Below, in pieces: positions 19,346-29,415 of a stretch of DNA of 64,000 bases (positions are counted from its first letter, which is position 1; each line of letters opens with the position of its first letter). The DNA is taken from positions 2,112,001-2,176,000 of the forward strand of contig OZ244960.1 of assembly GCA_965222605.1 (NCBI GenBank), given 5' to 3'. The notes under the pieces were generated by a model that was not told the origin of the DNA, searched no databases, and saw nothing but the letters and a program-made list of their open reading frames with translations. Source of the DNA: Candidatus Latescibacterota bacterium (GTDB lineage Bacteria > Latescibacterota > UBA2968). Position numbers and translations under genes: made by a program.

Positions 19346-19616
19346 GAGCTGCCGCTCACGTTCCGGATGGGTTTGTCGATGGATCTGATTGATTTGACGG
19401 GGATTGACCAGGAGATCCATTCATATCCATTATGTTGCCACACCTCACCAGTTGTTCAATCTGGAAGACGATCCCGAAGAACTTACTAATTGCATCAACG
19501 CCCATCCAGAAGTCGCGTCCGATCTTGAAAAAGAGCTTCGGAAAATTTGCGACCCCGAGTCGGAAAGCGACCGCGCTGAAGCCTTCATCGAGGCGCAACT
19601 GGCAGATATGACCTGA
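19346..19616 (+). pseudogene. Fused remnants: porV-paralog fragment (19346-19422) + sulfatase C-terminus
   Basis: 67/77 nt identical to 18056-18132 (ELPLTFRMGLSMDLIDLTGIDQEIHS), followed by QLFNLEDDPEELTN...LRKICDPE. Confidence 0.8.
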
Positions 19617-19801
19617 TTTTTTGGGGCGTAAGAACAAAGTGCTGTGCCCACTGTGGCGCGAACCTAAAGAGATGCAGCATCTCAGGCCCAACGTTGGGAC
19701 CGGGGGTGAACGGGTCGTGACTTCAGAAAATTTCTGGATTGTTTAACCGACATTGTCACGAGCTGAAAATTCTCAACGCATGAGTTTCTCAAAGAGGCGA
19801 A

Positions 19802-20752
19802 ATGGTAGAACTTGGTTCGGGAGGCTACATCTACGAGACGACAGGTGAGAATTGGGGGAAACTGGAGGAAGATGCGACCTACAAGGAGGCGACAGCGGTA
19901 GCGGTTGACTCAGATGACAAGGTGTATGTGTTCAACCGCGGCACACATCCGATGATCGTTTTCAATACAGAAGGTGAAATTCTGGATACGTGGGGGCACG
20001 GGGAATTCACGAATCCACACGGTGTGTCGGTCGGGCCGGATGGGTCGATCTACTGCGTTGACAATGGTGACAGCACTGTGAAGAGGTTCACCCCCAAAGG
20101 AGAAAAAATCACGGAGCTCCAGGCTGAACATCCTGCGAAAGATATGAGCGGCGATCCATTCTGCAGACCTTGTCACCTGGCGGTCGACGAGAACACGGGT
20201 AACATGTTCGTGGCGGACGGATACACCAACGCACGGGTGCACAAATACGATCCGGACGGTCGCCTCCTGATGTCGTGGGGTGAGTCAGGTACCGGGCCTG
20301 GACAGTTCAACATTGTCGACAATGTCATTGTCGACAATGAAGGGCTTGTTTACATCGCAGATCGCGAAAACCAGCGCGTGCAGGTGTTTGACACAGACGG
20401 GAATTTTGTAACCCAATGGAATGACATGTCACGAGTCGCAGCGATCTGTTTTGGTGTTGGGGACGATTCGAACCTTTATCTGGGTGAATATTACTGCGGT
20501 ATCGGAAGCAACTCGATGGGGACGAATCTTGGCCCACGCGTGTCAGTGATGGACCGGAAGGGGAATGTCCTTGCGCGTGTGGGGACGAATTCCTACGGCG
20601 ATGAGCCCGGCCGATTTTACTCTCCTCACGGGATCGCAGTCGATTCGAAGGGAGACATCTACGTTGCTGAGGTGTCGTGGAGTGACTACGGGAGCAGATT
20701 GGATCCGCCGCGTGAACTCCGGTCGATGCAGAAGCTGAACCGGAAGAGATAA
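19802..20752 (+). CDS. NHL-repeat beta-propeller (PAL-like family)
   Basis: Repeated PHG(V/I)AVD / YVAD / SWGESGTGPGQF motifs. Confidence 0.9.
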   Translation: MVELGSGGYIYETTGENWGKLEEDATYKEATAVAVDSDDKVYVFNRGTHPMIVFNTEGEILDTWGHGEFTNPHGVSVGPDGSIYCVDNGDSTVKRFTPKGEKITELQAEHPAKDMSGDPFCRPCHLAVDENTGNMFVADGYTNARVHKYDPDGRLLMSWGESGTGPGQFNIVDNVIVDNEGLVYIADRENQRVQVFDTDGNFVTQWNDMSRVAAICFGVGDDSNLYLGEYYCGIGSNSMGTNLGPRVSVMDRKGNVLARVGTNSYGDEPGRFYSPHGIAVDSKGDIYVAEVSWSDYGSRLDPPRELRSMQKLNRKR

Positions 20753-20959
20753 AATCTCAACCACGAGTGACCTGCACAGGAAAGTACAGAGGGCACTGTG
20801 CCAGAGTTAATGGGGTTACCTGAAAGCTGCAACTGACCGAAAGCATTGTTAAAGGTAACCACGTATGTCTGCGGTTGATGGCTACTTGAGAGTAGCGGGC
20901 CAGTGGTGAGATACCTTACGGCTAGAGAGTTGCTTAAAGATGCTGGGCTGGCTGGATCG

Positions 20960-21521
20960 CTAAACAATCTGTATGTCGGTGTTGACTGCCTGTCCAATGA
21001 TCCCGATCGCCTAATTGCCAACAACATGCGTCGAGATGCATCCTTGTTCGGGGACGATAACTTCACGGTTCTTCTCGACACTTACAACGATCGACAGAAC
21101 GGGTTTTTCTTCTCAATCAATCCATTGGGGGCCCGGCGGGACGTGGGACTTCGGGAACGACCCCGGGAACGGCTATTGGGGACGCGTCGACTACAGGGGT
21201 GCGCTGGTCGAATGGAGGGCAATCTTTCTCGACTATGAACGAGCTGCCCCTTACGTTACCCAGCCTGAAGTTGAAGCCGGCGACGCGCTGATATTTACTG
21301 AGGCTCTGATCCATGGAACGCTAGCCTGGACGGCTGACCACGAGCGGAAGGCGCTGCTTTATAAATACAGCCCAGGTCACTCTTCCTGGGCAAAGGAATA
21401 TTATGAATCAGGCGAATACGTGAATCCTACCGAACAATTAAAAAGAATCATGGCCGCTCCCTCTGTAGGAGGTAGACCGACTCCGTTGAAGTTCCTGCTT
21501 GATAAGGAGAACAGACAATGA
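20960..21521 (+). pseudogene. Chimeric remnants: CBM9-like/DUF5916-type fragment + PhyH C-terminal fragment
   Basis: NLYVG...RRD...DDNFTVLLDTYNDRQNGFFFSINPLGARRD, then in another frame AGDALIFTEALIHGTLAW...YKYSPGH, which is near-identical to the C-terminus of 21518-22279. Confidence 0.7.
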
Positions 21522-22279
21522 CACCTGAAGAAAAGTTTATTTTTGACCTCCAGGGCTACATCGTAATCAAGAATATCTTGTCGCACGAGGAAGTAGACAC
21601 GCTCAACACGATTGCTGATGAGCAATTGAAAGTTCAGGAAGAAATTAATGATGGGTTGAAGATTCCCAAGCGAGTATCGCTTTGGGGACGCCCCTATCAG
21701 AACCTGTTCGATCACCCCAACATCATCCCTTATTTGGACGAGCTACTCGGACCAAAATTTCGAGCGGATCACGATTATGGAATTTTCATGCGGCGCGGCT
21801 CCCACAAAGGAGGCCTTCACGGCGGAGACTCCGGAGCTTTTGACGGTCGAGCTAGCCATTGGTACAAATACCGCGATGGTGTCATGCGTAATGGCCTCAC
21901 CGTTGTCGTGTATTTTCTCGCCCCCGTCCGAAAGGGAGACGGTGGATTCTGTTGCGTGCCTGGATCGCACAAGTCCAACTTTGGTGCGGATCTGCCAAAA
22001 GACGTCCGCTCCTTCGATCGCGTTCCACACTACATCGCTCAGCCAGAGGCGGAGGCCGGAGATGCCCTGATTTTTACGGAAGCGACGATGCACGGGACAC
22101 TCCCCTGGACCTCCGATGAGGAGCGTCGTACGCTACTTTACAAGTTCAGCCCGGGTCATTCAATCTGGTCACAACGCTTTTACGATTTCGACGAATACGA
22201 TGGCCTGACCGAACAACAGATGCGTGTCATGTCACCCCCATTTGGTGTTCGACGTCCGGACAGCATTCAGGCCGTTTAA
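21518..22279 (+). CDS. PhyH-family Fe(II)/2-oxoglutarate oxygenase (HGG variant)
   Basis: FDLQGY, LHGG, VPGSHK, AGDALIFTEATMHG, ERR. Confidence 0.9.
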   Translation: MTPEEKFIFDLQGYIVIKNILSHEEVDTLNTIADEQLKVQEEINDGLKIPKRVSLWGRPYQNLFDHPNIIPYLDELLGPKFRADHDYGIFMRRGSHKGGLHGGDSGAFDGRASHWYKYRDGVMRNGLTVVVYFLAPVRKGDGGFCCVPGSHKSNFGADLPKDVRSFDRVPHYIAQPEAEAGDALIFTEATMHGTLPWTSDEERRTLLYKFSPGHSIWSQRFYDFDEYDGLTEQQMRVMSPPFGVRRPDSIQAV

Positions 22280-22296
22280 GCAATAGGGGAACTGCC

Positions 22297-22626
22297 ATGA
22301 CCCCCGAAGAGAAATTTATGTTCGACCTCCAGGGATTTCTCGTTGTGAAAAATGTACTCTCGGGTGACGAAGTTGCCGAACTGAATGAGATATCTGATCG
22401 ATCAAAACCGGATGAGTACGAAACGTATCAGGAAGACGGTTTGAAAATCGCCCGAAGGGTTTCCCAATGGAGTCCGGCTTGCCAGAATCTCTTCGACCAT
22501 CCGAAGTTGGCGCCCTACTTGGTTGGACTCGTCGGCCCAAAAGTGAGGGTGGACGCGCTAACACCTGCTCGAAAGGGCGACGGTGACTTTTGCTGCGTAC
22601 CGGGTTCACACAAATTGAGGGGGTGA
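22297..22626 (+). pseudogene. PhyH paralog, internally deleted and truncated
   Basis: Paralog of the previous gene; jumps PKVRVD|ALTPARKGDG and stops after VPGSHK. Confidence 0.85.
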
Positions 22627-22760
22627 CGCTCATACCGTCCGGCAAAGCTTCAAACCATTGAGCTTCAAACCTCAGAGCAAACAAAGTCTTACAGCCAGAA
22701 AGCCTTCAGGCTCCGCGTCTCTTTTCGGATTTATCCCTAAACCTTCAAAATACTATCGCG

Positions 22761-22793
22761 AAGCCCCAGAGATAATTCACTCCGGGGCTTTTT
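22761..22793 (+). terminator. Rho-independent terminator between convergent genes
   Basis: AAGCCCC..GAG/CTC..GGGGCTT followed by TTT. Confidence 0.6.
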
Positions 22794-22800
22794 ATAAACC

Positions 22801-23577
22801 CTATAGGACATCTTCGATAATGCCCAAGCGATCTTCACGCAAATAATTTCTCAATTTGCGATAATATTGTTCGCGGACTTCTATGCTTTTCATATTGGCA
22901 TCAATGGTATAACCCACGGGCTTAAACACAATAAACATCACTTTCCGGGGAAGTGTGTCAATATTGATAGATGCGCCGTGGACCATCGCCGTGGTACAAA
23001 CCGTCATCTGCCCCGCCTTTGCAAGCAAAGGAACCGGATCTGCAAAGGGCAACTCGGAAAGTTCTCGAAATGGGACTGGATTCTGAATATAAGTCCCATA
23101 CTTTTCCACATCCTCTGCAATCAAACGGTGGCTGCCTGGCCGGTACATGAGAGGTGCCCGCTTTTCCGTCACATCGCTCAACCAGAGCAGACAACTGCAA
23201 AGCATCTGTTTGGGTGTGGCATCCAGATCTGAAAGGCTATATTTAATATCCACATGTTCGGAAAAACTGAATGTTGCGCCGGGCTGTGGATAGGAAGTAA
23301 CAACAAACGCATTAAAAAAGTGTACGGCATCGGCCCTCAATGTCTTTTTGGCCACAGCTTCCAAAAACGGATCCTGGATCAGATCCAGTAATTTGGGCTC
23401 GAGAAAATACCGTTGTCCCACGCGATACTGGGCCGGTTTCCCATCTTTCGAGCCTTCAAACGGCAGCATCCGATCAAAAACCCCCGAAACGCGATCCAGC
23501 CGCGCTTTACTAAAAGGCGTGTCGATAGTTACCGCCCCAATCTCTTCAAATTGTGCGATTTCAGACTCGCCAATCAT
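22801..23577 (-). CDS. PhyH-family Fe(II)/2OG dioxygenase (canonical HxD)
   Basis: EHVD, PGSHR, AGQ...MVHG, PRK. Start MIGES after AGGAGG. Confidence 0.88.
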   Translation of the reverse strand: MIGESEIAQFEEIGAVTIDTPFSKARLDRVSGVFDRMLPFEGSKDGKPAQYRVGQRYFLEPKLLDLIQDPFLEAVAKKTLRADAVHFFNAFVVTSYPQPGATFSFSEHVDIKYSLSDLDATPKQMLCSCLLWLSDVTEKRAPLMYRPGSHRLIAEDVEKYGTYIQNPVPFRELSELPFADPVPLLAKAGQMTVCTTAMVHGASINIDTLPRKVMFIVFKPVGYTIDANMKSIEVREQYYRKLRNYLREDRLGIIEDVL

Positions 23578-23597
23578 AACATACCTCCTATATCCTT

Positions 23598-24866
23598 CTA
23601 CGCATCCAGCCATGCGTCCTCAAACACCCGACATCCGACCCCTTCCTGCCCCATAGAACTGCAGGCGTAGAGGGTGATGTACTGGGATTCATTAAGGGGA
23701 CCAACGGTACTGTACGAAAAGGTCTCTGGCTCGATGACCTTGTGGCGCCAGGTTTGGCCTTCATCATCGCTAAAATAGATAGCACCGCGTTGGCGCTCGG
23801 AGGCGTGCTGCCGCTTGGATTCGGGCAGACCAGAACCATTGGGAATAGAAAACAGCAAACGCCTCCCGCCCCGCGCAAGTGTGCCGTGACAGAGCACGCC
23901 GCTAATATCGACGAGAAACGGCCGGGACCACGTCTTGCCACAATCCGCCGAGGTATGGGCAATGCGCTGCACAGGACCGGGACGCACCTCCGAGAGCGGG
24001 ACATGGGCTTTAAGCATACCCTGTGAATTCAGCCTGCGGACGAGCAACAGTTCCTCACCGCGGTTGACCGACACAGCGGAAGCTTCATTGGCAAGATAGT
24101 CCGTGATAAAACCATCCACGCGCCAGGTCTCACCCTGATCATCGCTGTAGATAACGGCAGAACCGGACTGAGGATGGTTGCGAAAATGATTGGTGACGGC
24201 TTCCCCCTCGGGCACGACAGTGACGGGTCCCCCCAGAACGTATCGCCCCCGATACGGACCCTGAGTAATCGCGTGGACCTGACCCACAGCGTTGAACATA
24301 ATCAGCGTACCATCGGAATAGCGATGGTTCAGAGGCGACCGGTCCCCGAGCAACGTCTCCATAGTCCAGGTGTCGCCGTCGTCATCCGAGTCGAACCGGC
24401 AAAGAACCATAGGCGTATCGCGCCCCACGGCATCGATATCGATACCGGACTGCTCCCGCATCTCGCCGTAATCCTTGTCGTAAATATCCTCCGTACCTCG
24501 CAAATCAACCATAGACAGAACAGACACATGCTCACGTCCATCTCGTTCGGAGAGATACGCAGACACCGCGTAGTGAGTGATCCGACCCGAAACAGCCCTC
24601 GCTGGCGACCATGTCGCGCCCCAATCCCTGCTTTTGCTCGTCAGGATCACCTTTGGATCGTCGTCGCGGCCTCCGCGCAACCTGCCCTGACAAAAGGCGA
24701 TCAACACACCGTCGCGCGTGACGACATACGACGGCTGAAACGTGCGACACACCACCTCACCGTGTACCTCAAACCCAGGCACAAAAGCCAGCGTCCGTTC
24801 ACTCAATCCGTTTTTAAGCTTCCTCATACGGTCTTCTCCTGAATACATCTTATCCAGATCCTCCAT
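23598..24866 (-). CDS. Sialidase-like (BNR/Asp-box) beta-propeller
   Basis: Five Asp-boxes (SRDWGATW, SDDDGDTW, SDDQGETW, SADCGKTW, SDDEGQTW), ANEAS, FSYS. Confidence 0.85.
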   Translation of the reverse strand: MEDLDKMYSGEDRMRKLKNGLSERTLAFVPGFEVHGEVVCRTFQPSYVVTRDGVLIAFCQGRLRGGRDDDPKVILTSKSRDWGATWSPARAVSGRITHYAVSAYLSERDGREHVSVLSMVDLRGTEDIYDKDYGEMREQSGIDIDAVGRDTPMVLCRFDSDDDGDTWTMETLLGDRSPLNHRYSDGTLIMFNAVGQVHAITQGPYRGRYVLGGPVTVVPEGEAVTNHFRNHPQSGSAVIYSDDQGETWRVDGFITDYLANEASAVSVNRGEELLLVRRLNSQGMLKAHVPLSEVRPGPVQRIAHTSADCGKTWSRPFLVDISGVLCHGTLARGGRRLLFSIPNGSGLPESKRQHASERQRGAIYFSDDEGQTWRHKVIEPETFSYSTVGPLNESQYITLYACSSMGQEGVGCRVFEDAWLDA

Positions 24867-26349
24867 CGCGAAACCGCAGCGAATAGAGGCCCACGTTCTT
24901 GAGGTAGAAGCGGAGGAACACAGGCATGCCCACGAGTTCGGCCATATCCTGCTTACTTTTCCACGTCACTTTGTGCTCGACAAGGTCAACAGCCTGTGTG
25001 GTGCAGTCGGCAAGGGTGAAGCCGGGCACGGGACTCGGGGCACCGCTCTCACCGAAACGCAGCACTTCGACAGCGAATTCGGGCGGAACAATCGCCGTGG
25101 CCGGATCGCTGTTATAACCGTCGGCCACGGTCGTATTGACGATCAGTTCCGGTGCGGCAACAACCATTTCGCGGGTAAGCAGGAAGCCACCCGTGTGCGC
25201 ACCCATCTGCGCGACGAATCGATCCCGGAGGAATTGCGCCCGGCCGATGCCCGAGACATTGTTCCTGTTGCCCTGTGCCTGGCCGTGGCGGGATCCGCGA
25301 TAGTAGATAAAATCCGTATTTCCCATGCTCACAATGCCTCCGGCCCCCGAGGTGGAACCCGAGTCGAAGGCGTCGGAGCCGCCATGGGGAAGATATACAG
25401 ACCGGTCGGGCAGCATATTCCAGTGCAGACCATCGCTGCTAAACGCCAGATGCAGATGGAATGCCATGTGCGGCGGCGGCCCCATACTTCCGATAAAACC
25501 GATGAAATGGCTACCTACCCGAGAAACCACCATGTGGTCGATATCCGGATCATCTACTTCTTCCGGCCACATCACCACCCGGGGCTGGCCAAAATCATAC
25601 GGCGTCTCCCCGACCATCACCGCCGTCCGGCGCTTGTAGTTGTGCTCCGTCGGTCCACCCGGCACATCCCCAACGCCAGCGGTACACACGGGCCGCGTGA
25701 ACATCAGCCAGCGCTCCCGAACAGGGTCGAACACCATGTTTTGCCATGTGTCCCGCAGACCGATGAAAGCCGGGTTCGACGGGTCCTCCCGCCAGTGAAT
25801 CCCATCATCCGAATAAGCCAGACACAGACACCCATAGCCCTCGGCCAGATTGTCCTTGTAAGTCATCAGAAAACGGCTCTGCTGCACGCCACCGAGGGGG
25901 TTCCACATCACGCGCACCCCCTGGGCCTTTTGCTGTCCCGTGACCACCACATTGGTCCTCTCATATTGTCCGTACGGCTTGCCTTCCAGCATCGGCTTGT
26001 CCCAGTGTACCCCGTCCGGGCTTTCGGCATAGCAGACAAAATAGGGATACCCGTGCCGCTCCGCCTGCCAGTCTTTGAAGCGAAACTGGTGCATCCACGC
26101 GTTCCAATCGGTCCCGGTATACCACATGCGGAACACGCCAGCTTCGTCGTCGTAAATCACATTTTGCTGACCCACCCCATCTTCCCACGGCCTGTCGGGC
26201 ATGAGCACGGGGTTGTGCGGATCCTTAATCGGCACATTCAGCACGCGTCTTACCTCCCAGCGGTCTTCCACAGTGGCATTGTCGATCAGCAATACGGTTT
26301 CCGTACCAACCTCAAGTGGCTCCCCTGCGCAGTAGGATTCCAGATTCAT
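24850..26349 (-). CDS. Putative glycoside-hydrolase-like beta-propeller protein
   Basis: PHNPVL..DRPWE, FRMWY, YAESPDGVHWDKP, SDDGIHW, LRDRF, C-terminal LRF..LYSLRF. Paralog of 53653-55146. Confidence 0.7.
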   Translation of the reverse strand: MNLESYCAGEPLEVGTETVLLIDNATVEDRWEVRRVLNVPIKDPHNPVLMPDRPWEDGVGQQNVIYDDEAGVFRMWYTGTDWNAWMHQFRFKDWQAERHGYPYFVCYAESPDGVHWDKPMLEGKPYGQYERTNVVVTGQQKAQGVRVMWNPLGGVQQSRFLMTYKDNLAEGYGCLCLAYSDDGIHWREDPSNPAFIGLRDTWQNMVFDPVRERWLMFTRPVCTAGVGDVPGGPTEHNYKRRTAVMVGETPYDFGQPRVVMWPEEVDDPDIDHMVVSRVGSHFIGFIGSMGPPPHMAFHLHLAFSSDGLHWNMLPDRSVYLPHGGSDAFDSGSTSGAGGIVSMGNTDFIYYRGSRHGQAQGNRNNVSGIGRAQFLRDRFVAQMGAHTGGFLLTREMVVAAPELIVNTTVADGYNSDPATAIVPPEFAVEVLRFGESGAPSPVPGFTLADCTTQAVDLVEHKVTWKSKQDMAELVGMPVFLRFYLKNVGLYSLRFRDGGSG

Positions 26350-26475
26350 GTCACAACTCCTTATCCTCAAATTCTTCCCGTTTAGAACGCGACCTCAGCC
26401 ATACATCACGCAATTAATGCGATCTTTTCAGGGGGTCAAGCAAATCGTGGACTTCCCAGCTATAATTCTTTTCCC

Positions 26476-27816
26476 CTAATCAAAAGGCTGCTCCGTGTGA
26501 TAAATCTCCTGATCTGCCTCCAACAGAAACGTACCGTCTGACTGTTTAATCCACTGCGGAACATCGGAGTGACCTTCTTTATTCGGCACAAACCCCATCA
26601 AAATGGGATCTTCTGTCTCCTTGAGAAACGCGGTTAATTGCCGCTCCATATCATCGCGAACCTTTGAAAAACGCGGATCATCTGCAACATTGTTCAACTC
26701 ATACGGATCGTCTGCCAAACTGTAAAGCTCCCGGTCCGGTGCCGGTTTTGAAAAAAGCTCCTGAACAACCTCTCGTCTGTTCTGAAAACGATTCACCCAC
26801 CCATTATCGACATAATTTGGCACCCGCGCAAAGTTGCGAATCAGCTTAAATTGATCCGACCGAACACACCTCATCGGCGTGTAATACCAGTTCCCAGAAC
26901 GCCGCCCCCAGGTTTGCTCGCCAAACACCACAGACCGGCCAGCCCACCCTTCACCGGAAAACAATCCCCGAAAACTCCGACCCAGAATACCATCCGGTTT
27001 CTCCATGCCGCACAAATCCATCAACGTCGGCAGCAGATCCAGGTTGCTAATCAAATCGCCATACACAGTTCCAGCGGCAATCTCAGACGGGTATCTCATA
27101 AGCAAAGCCGTACGGATACCCGCATCATAAAGTGTGTGTTTTGCCCGCGCAGTCGCCACACCGTGTTCGGTAGTAAACACCACAACTGTTTCATCGGCCA
27201 TCCCACTTTCATCAAGTGCATTCAGAATCCGTCCCACTTTTTTATCCAACTCCCCAATCTGCTGACACAACGCGGCGAGATCTTTACGCACTTCCGAACA
27301 ATCGGGCAGATACGGAGGCACAACCATTCTTTCCGCAAGATCTGGATCGTAATCCAGACCAAAAGGTCTATGTACCTCCGTGAAAGAGACCTGCAAAAAA
27401 AAGGGACGCTTGATAGACGGTGCTTCTTCTCGTAAAAAACGCTCGGCCAAAACTTCCACACCTGCCTTCCCTTCCAGCACACGCGCAAATCCCGCCCAGG
27501 ATGGATCATTCAAAATCATCAACCGGTTGCTCAACACCGTCTCATAGCCCGCATCCTGGAAATAACGCGCCATGCACACAGCACCATCATCATAGGGAAA
27601 TTGTCCCAACACACCGATCATGTGCGGCATCTGACTGCAATACAAGCCAACGCGACTGGGAATACAAATGGGTGCCGTCGCGATAAATTGCGAAAACCGG
27701 GCACCCTGAGAAGCCAACCGATCCAGATTTGGCGTTGATACATCAGGCCGGTCATAACAACCGAGCCAATCGCCCAGATCGTGACAGTCGATGAACACTA
27801 CATTGAGTTGTTTCAT
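26476..27816 (-). CDS. Sulfatase (Cys-type, FGly-dependent)
   Basis: TPNLDRLA, CIPSR signature, HRPF, ELYSLADDPYELNN. Confidence 0.92.
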   Translation of the reverse strand: MKQLNVVFIDCHDLGDWLGCYDRPDVSTPNLDRLASQGARFSQFIATAPICIPSRVGLYCSQMPHMIGVLGQFPYDDGAVCMARYFQDAGYETVLSNRLMILNDPSWAGFARVLEGKAGVEVLAERFLREEAPSIKRPFFLQVSFTEVHRPFGLDYDPDLAERMVVPPYLPDCSEVRKDLAALCQQIGELDKKVGRILNALDESGMADETVVVFTTEHGVATARAKHTLYDAGIRTALLMRYPSEIAAGTVYGDLISNLDLLPTLMDLCGMEKPDGILGRSFRGLFSGEGWAGRSVVFGEQTWGRRSGNWYYTPMRCVRSDQFKLIRNFARVPNYVDNGWVNRFQNRREVVQELFSKPAPDRELYSLADDPYELNNVADDPRFSKVRDDMERQLTAFLKETEDPILMGFVPNKEGHSDVPQWIKQSDGTFLLEADQEIYHTEQPFD

Positions 27817-28056
27817 ATTCTGGTTCCTCTATATCATTAAAGAGCGGTGACATATCTCTTTCGGCATATTCATCTGCTCCAAAGCTAACATTTAGAAATT
27901 ATGCACATTTATGCTGCCGTCAATACAAGTCGCTCGGTTGCTAAATAGGCCGTTGTAAACTATTGCTCCATAAGCACAGAGGAAAAAAATAAAATCTCCG
28001 CAAGAATGGGGATTGAAGGTTTTGGCCTCTATATAAAAAAACCTGATTGATCTTCC

Positions 28057-29415
28057 TTAACTCTTTGTGGTCGGAGGAATATGTTTTTCCTCTATTTGGG
28101 TTTGCTGCAGGATTTCATGCAGCAATTTTACCAGTGCAAGACGAGCCTCCAAAGAGTACTGCAAATCTATAAAATAGTCCTTGATTTCAGGCCATTTATT
28201 CTGAAGCATATCGATAGGTCTTGAAGCTTCAATAAGATCCTGAATTTTACCACTTAATCTCTTTTCACGCTCAATAAATCTATTCCAAAAATTCTGTAAA
28301 TTTCCTCCTGAAGGTTGAACAAGCCTAACATCACGGTCAGGGATTCTAATTTTATTGATAATTAAGTCTCGGGTTTGGGGCTTAAGATCAAGCTGTTGTA
28401 GGATATCTTTCATTCTATTTTTGTCCTCAAACAGCCACTGCCAGAGAGACGGTTCTTTAGAATTCTCCAACTCAGCAGTCAGTCGATGCACTTCATAATT
28501 TAATTTTTTATTTTTATTTGTTTTATTTGCCAATTTTCTCTCGATATCTGATTTCATCACGTTTAGGCGCGCTTGGTCTTCCTTTAATCTGGTAACTTCC
28601 TCCTCCAATACAGATAATTCGCCGGATATCGCGTGTTTTTCAGAATCCCATTTGGCTTCACCATCTTTATACTTTTTCTCCCAACCAGCTTCTTTCTCTC
28701 TGAATTCCGTTGTAATATTCTGGATAGTCTGATCTTTCAATGAAATAATCCCACTTAGCTGATCTATTTCTTTTTCTTTCACTTTTATTTCTTTATTCGC
28801 AGTTTTCAACGATTCAGTCTGTTCACCAATTTGCTGTTTTAGCTGCGATATATCTTTCTTGAATTTCACCACTGAACTGGACTGTTCGCTTCGCACAGAT
28901 TTTGAATCGGCTATTTCCATTTCTAAGGGAGTTTCTACTCCCATCAAAACTTCAGCTTGCTCGCCTGTAAAGTTGATTGGACTGAATAATAGAAGAAAGA
29001 TTCTTTCTTTGAGGCCCCATCTTGATGAAAATTCAGTGAATTTTTCATCTGGCAGGGCATATTCATCTGATGCTATATCCCTCGATCCAATCCAATTGTC
29101 ATACTCCTCAGATTGAAAATAATCATCAAGTTTCTCTTTTATCTCTTTCCTACAATAATTCTGATACCAAACCATGAAAAATCTGACCTCAATTGACTCG
29201 GCGAGATCAGCGCGCCTCCTCAAGGCCATTTTCACACTCCGGATACCATGATCCCATAAAACCTTATTCCAATTGAATCCTCCACGTTCAAATTCTTGTC
29301 TCAAAGTTTTGAATTCACGGATAATCCTGACAAAATCGCTCCATTTGACAGAGCGAAAAAGAACTCCCAGTAAACGTTCTCTATCCGGTGAAACTTTAAC
29401 TGCCCCCTCAAACAT
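28057..29415 (-). CDS. Hypothetical coiled-coil protein, last gene of the defence operon
   Basis: 452 aa with a long heptad-rich central region; 8-bp overlap with the upstream gene; AT-rich. Confidence 0.75.
   Translation of the reverse strand: MFEGAVKVSPDRERLLGVLFRSVKWSDFVRIIREFKTLRQEFERGGFNWNKVLWDHGIRSVKMALRRRADLAESIEVRFFMVWYQNYCRKEIKEKLDDYFQSEEYDNWIGSRDIASDEYALPDEKFTEFSSRWGLKERIFLLLFSPINFTGEQAEVLMGVETPLEMEIADSKSVRSEQSSSVVKFKKDISQLKQQIGEQTESLKTANKEIKVKEKEIDQLSGIISLKDQTIQNITTEFREKEAGWEKKYKDGEAKWDSEKHAISGELSVLEEEVTRLKEDQARLNVMKSDIERKLANKTNKNKKLNYEVHRLTAELENSKEPSLWQWLFEDKNRMKDILQQLDLKPQTRDLIINKIRIPDRDVRLVQPSGGNLQNFWNRFIEREKRLSGKIQDLIEASRPIDMLQNKWPEIKDYFIDLQYSLEARLALVKLLHEILQQTQIEEKHIPPTTKS

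Noticed and set aside
24742-26385. 547-aa plus-strand ORF
   Set aside because: Antisense shadow of the well-formed minus-strand gene 24850-26349; Arg/His/Pro-rich with no motifs.
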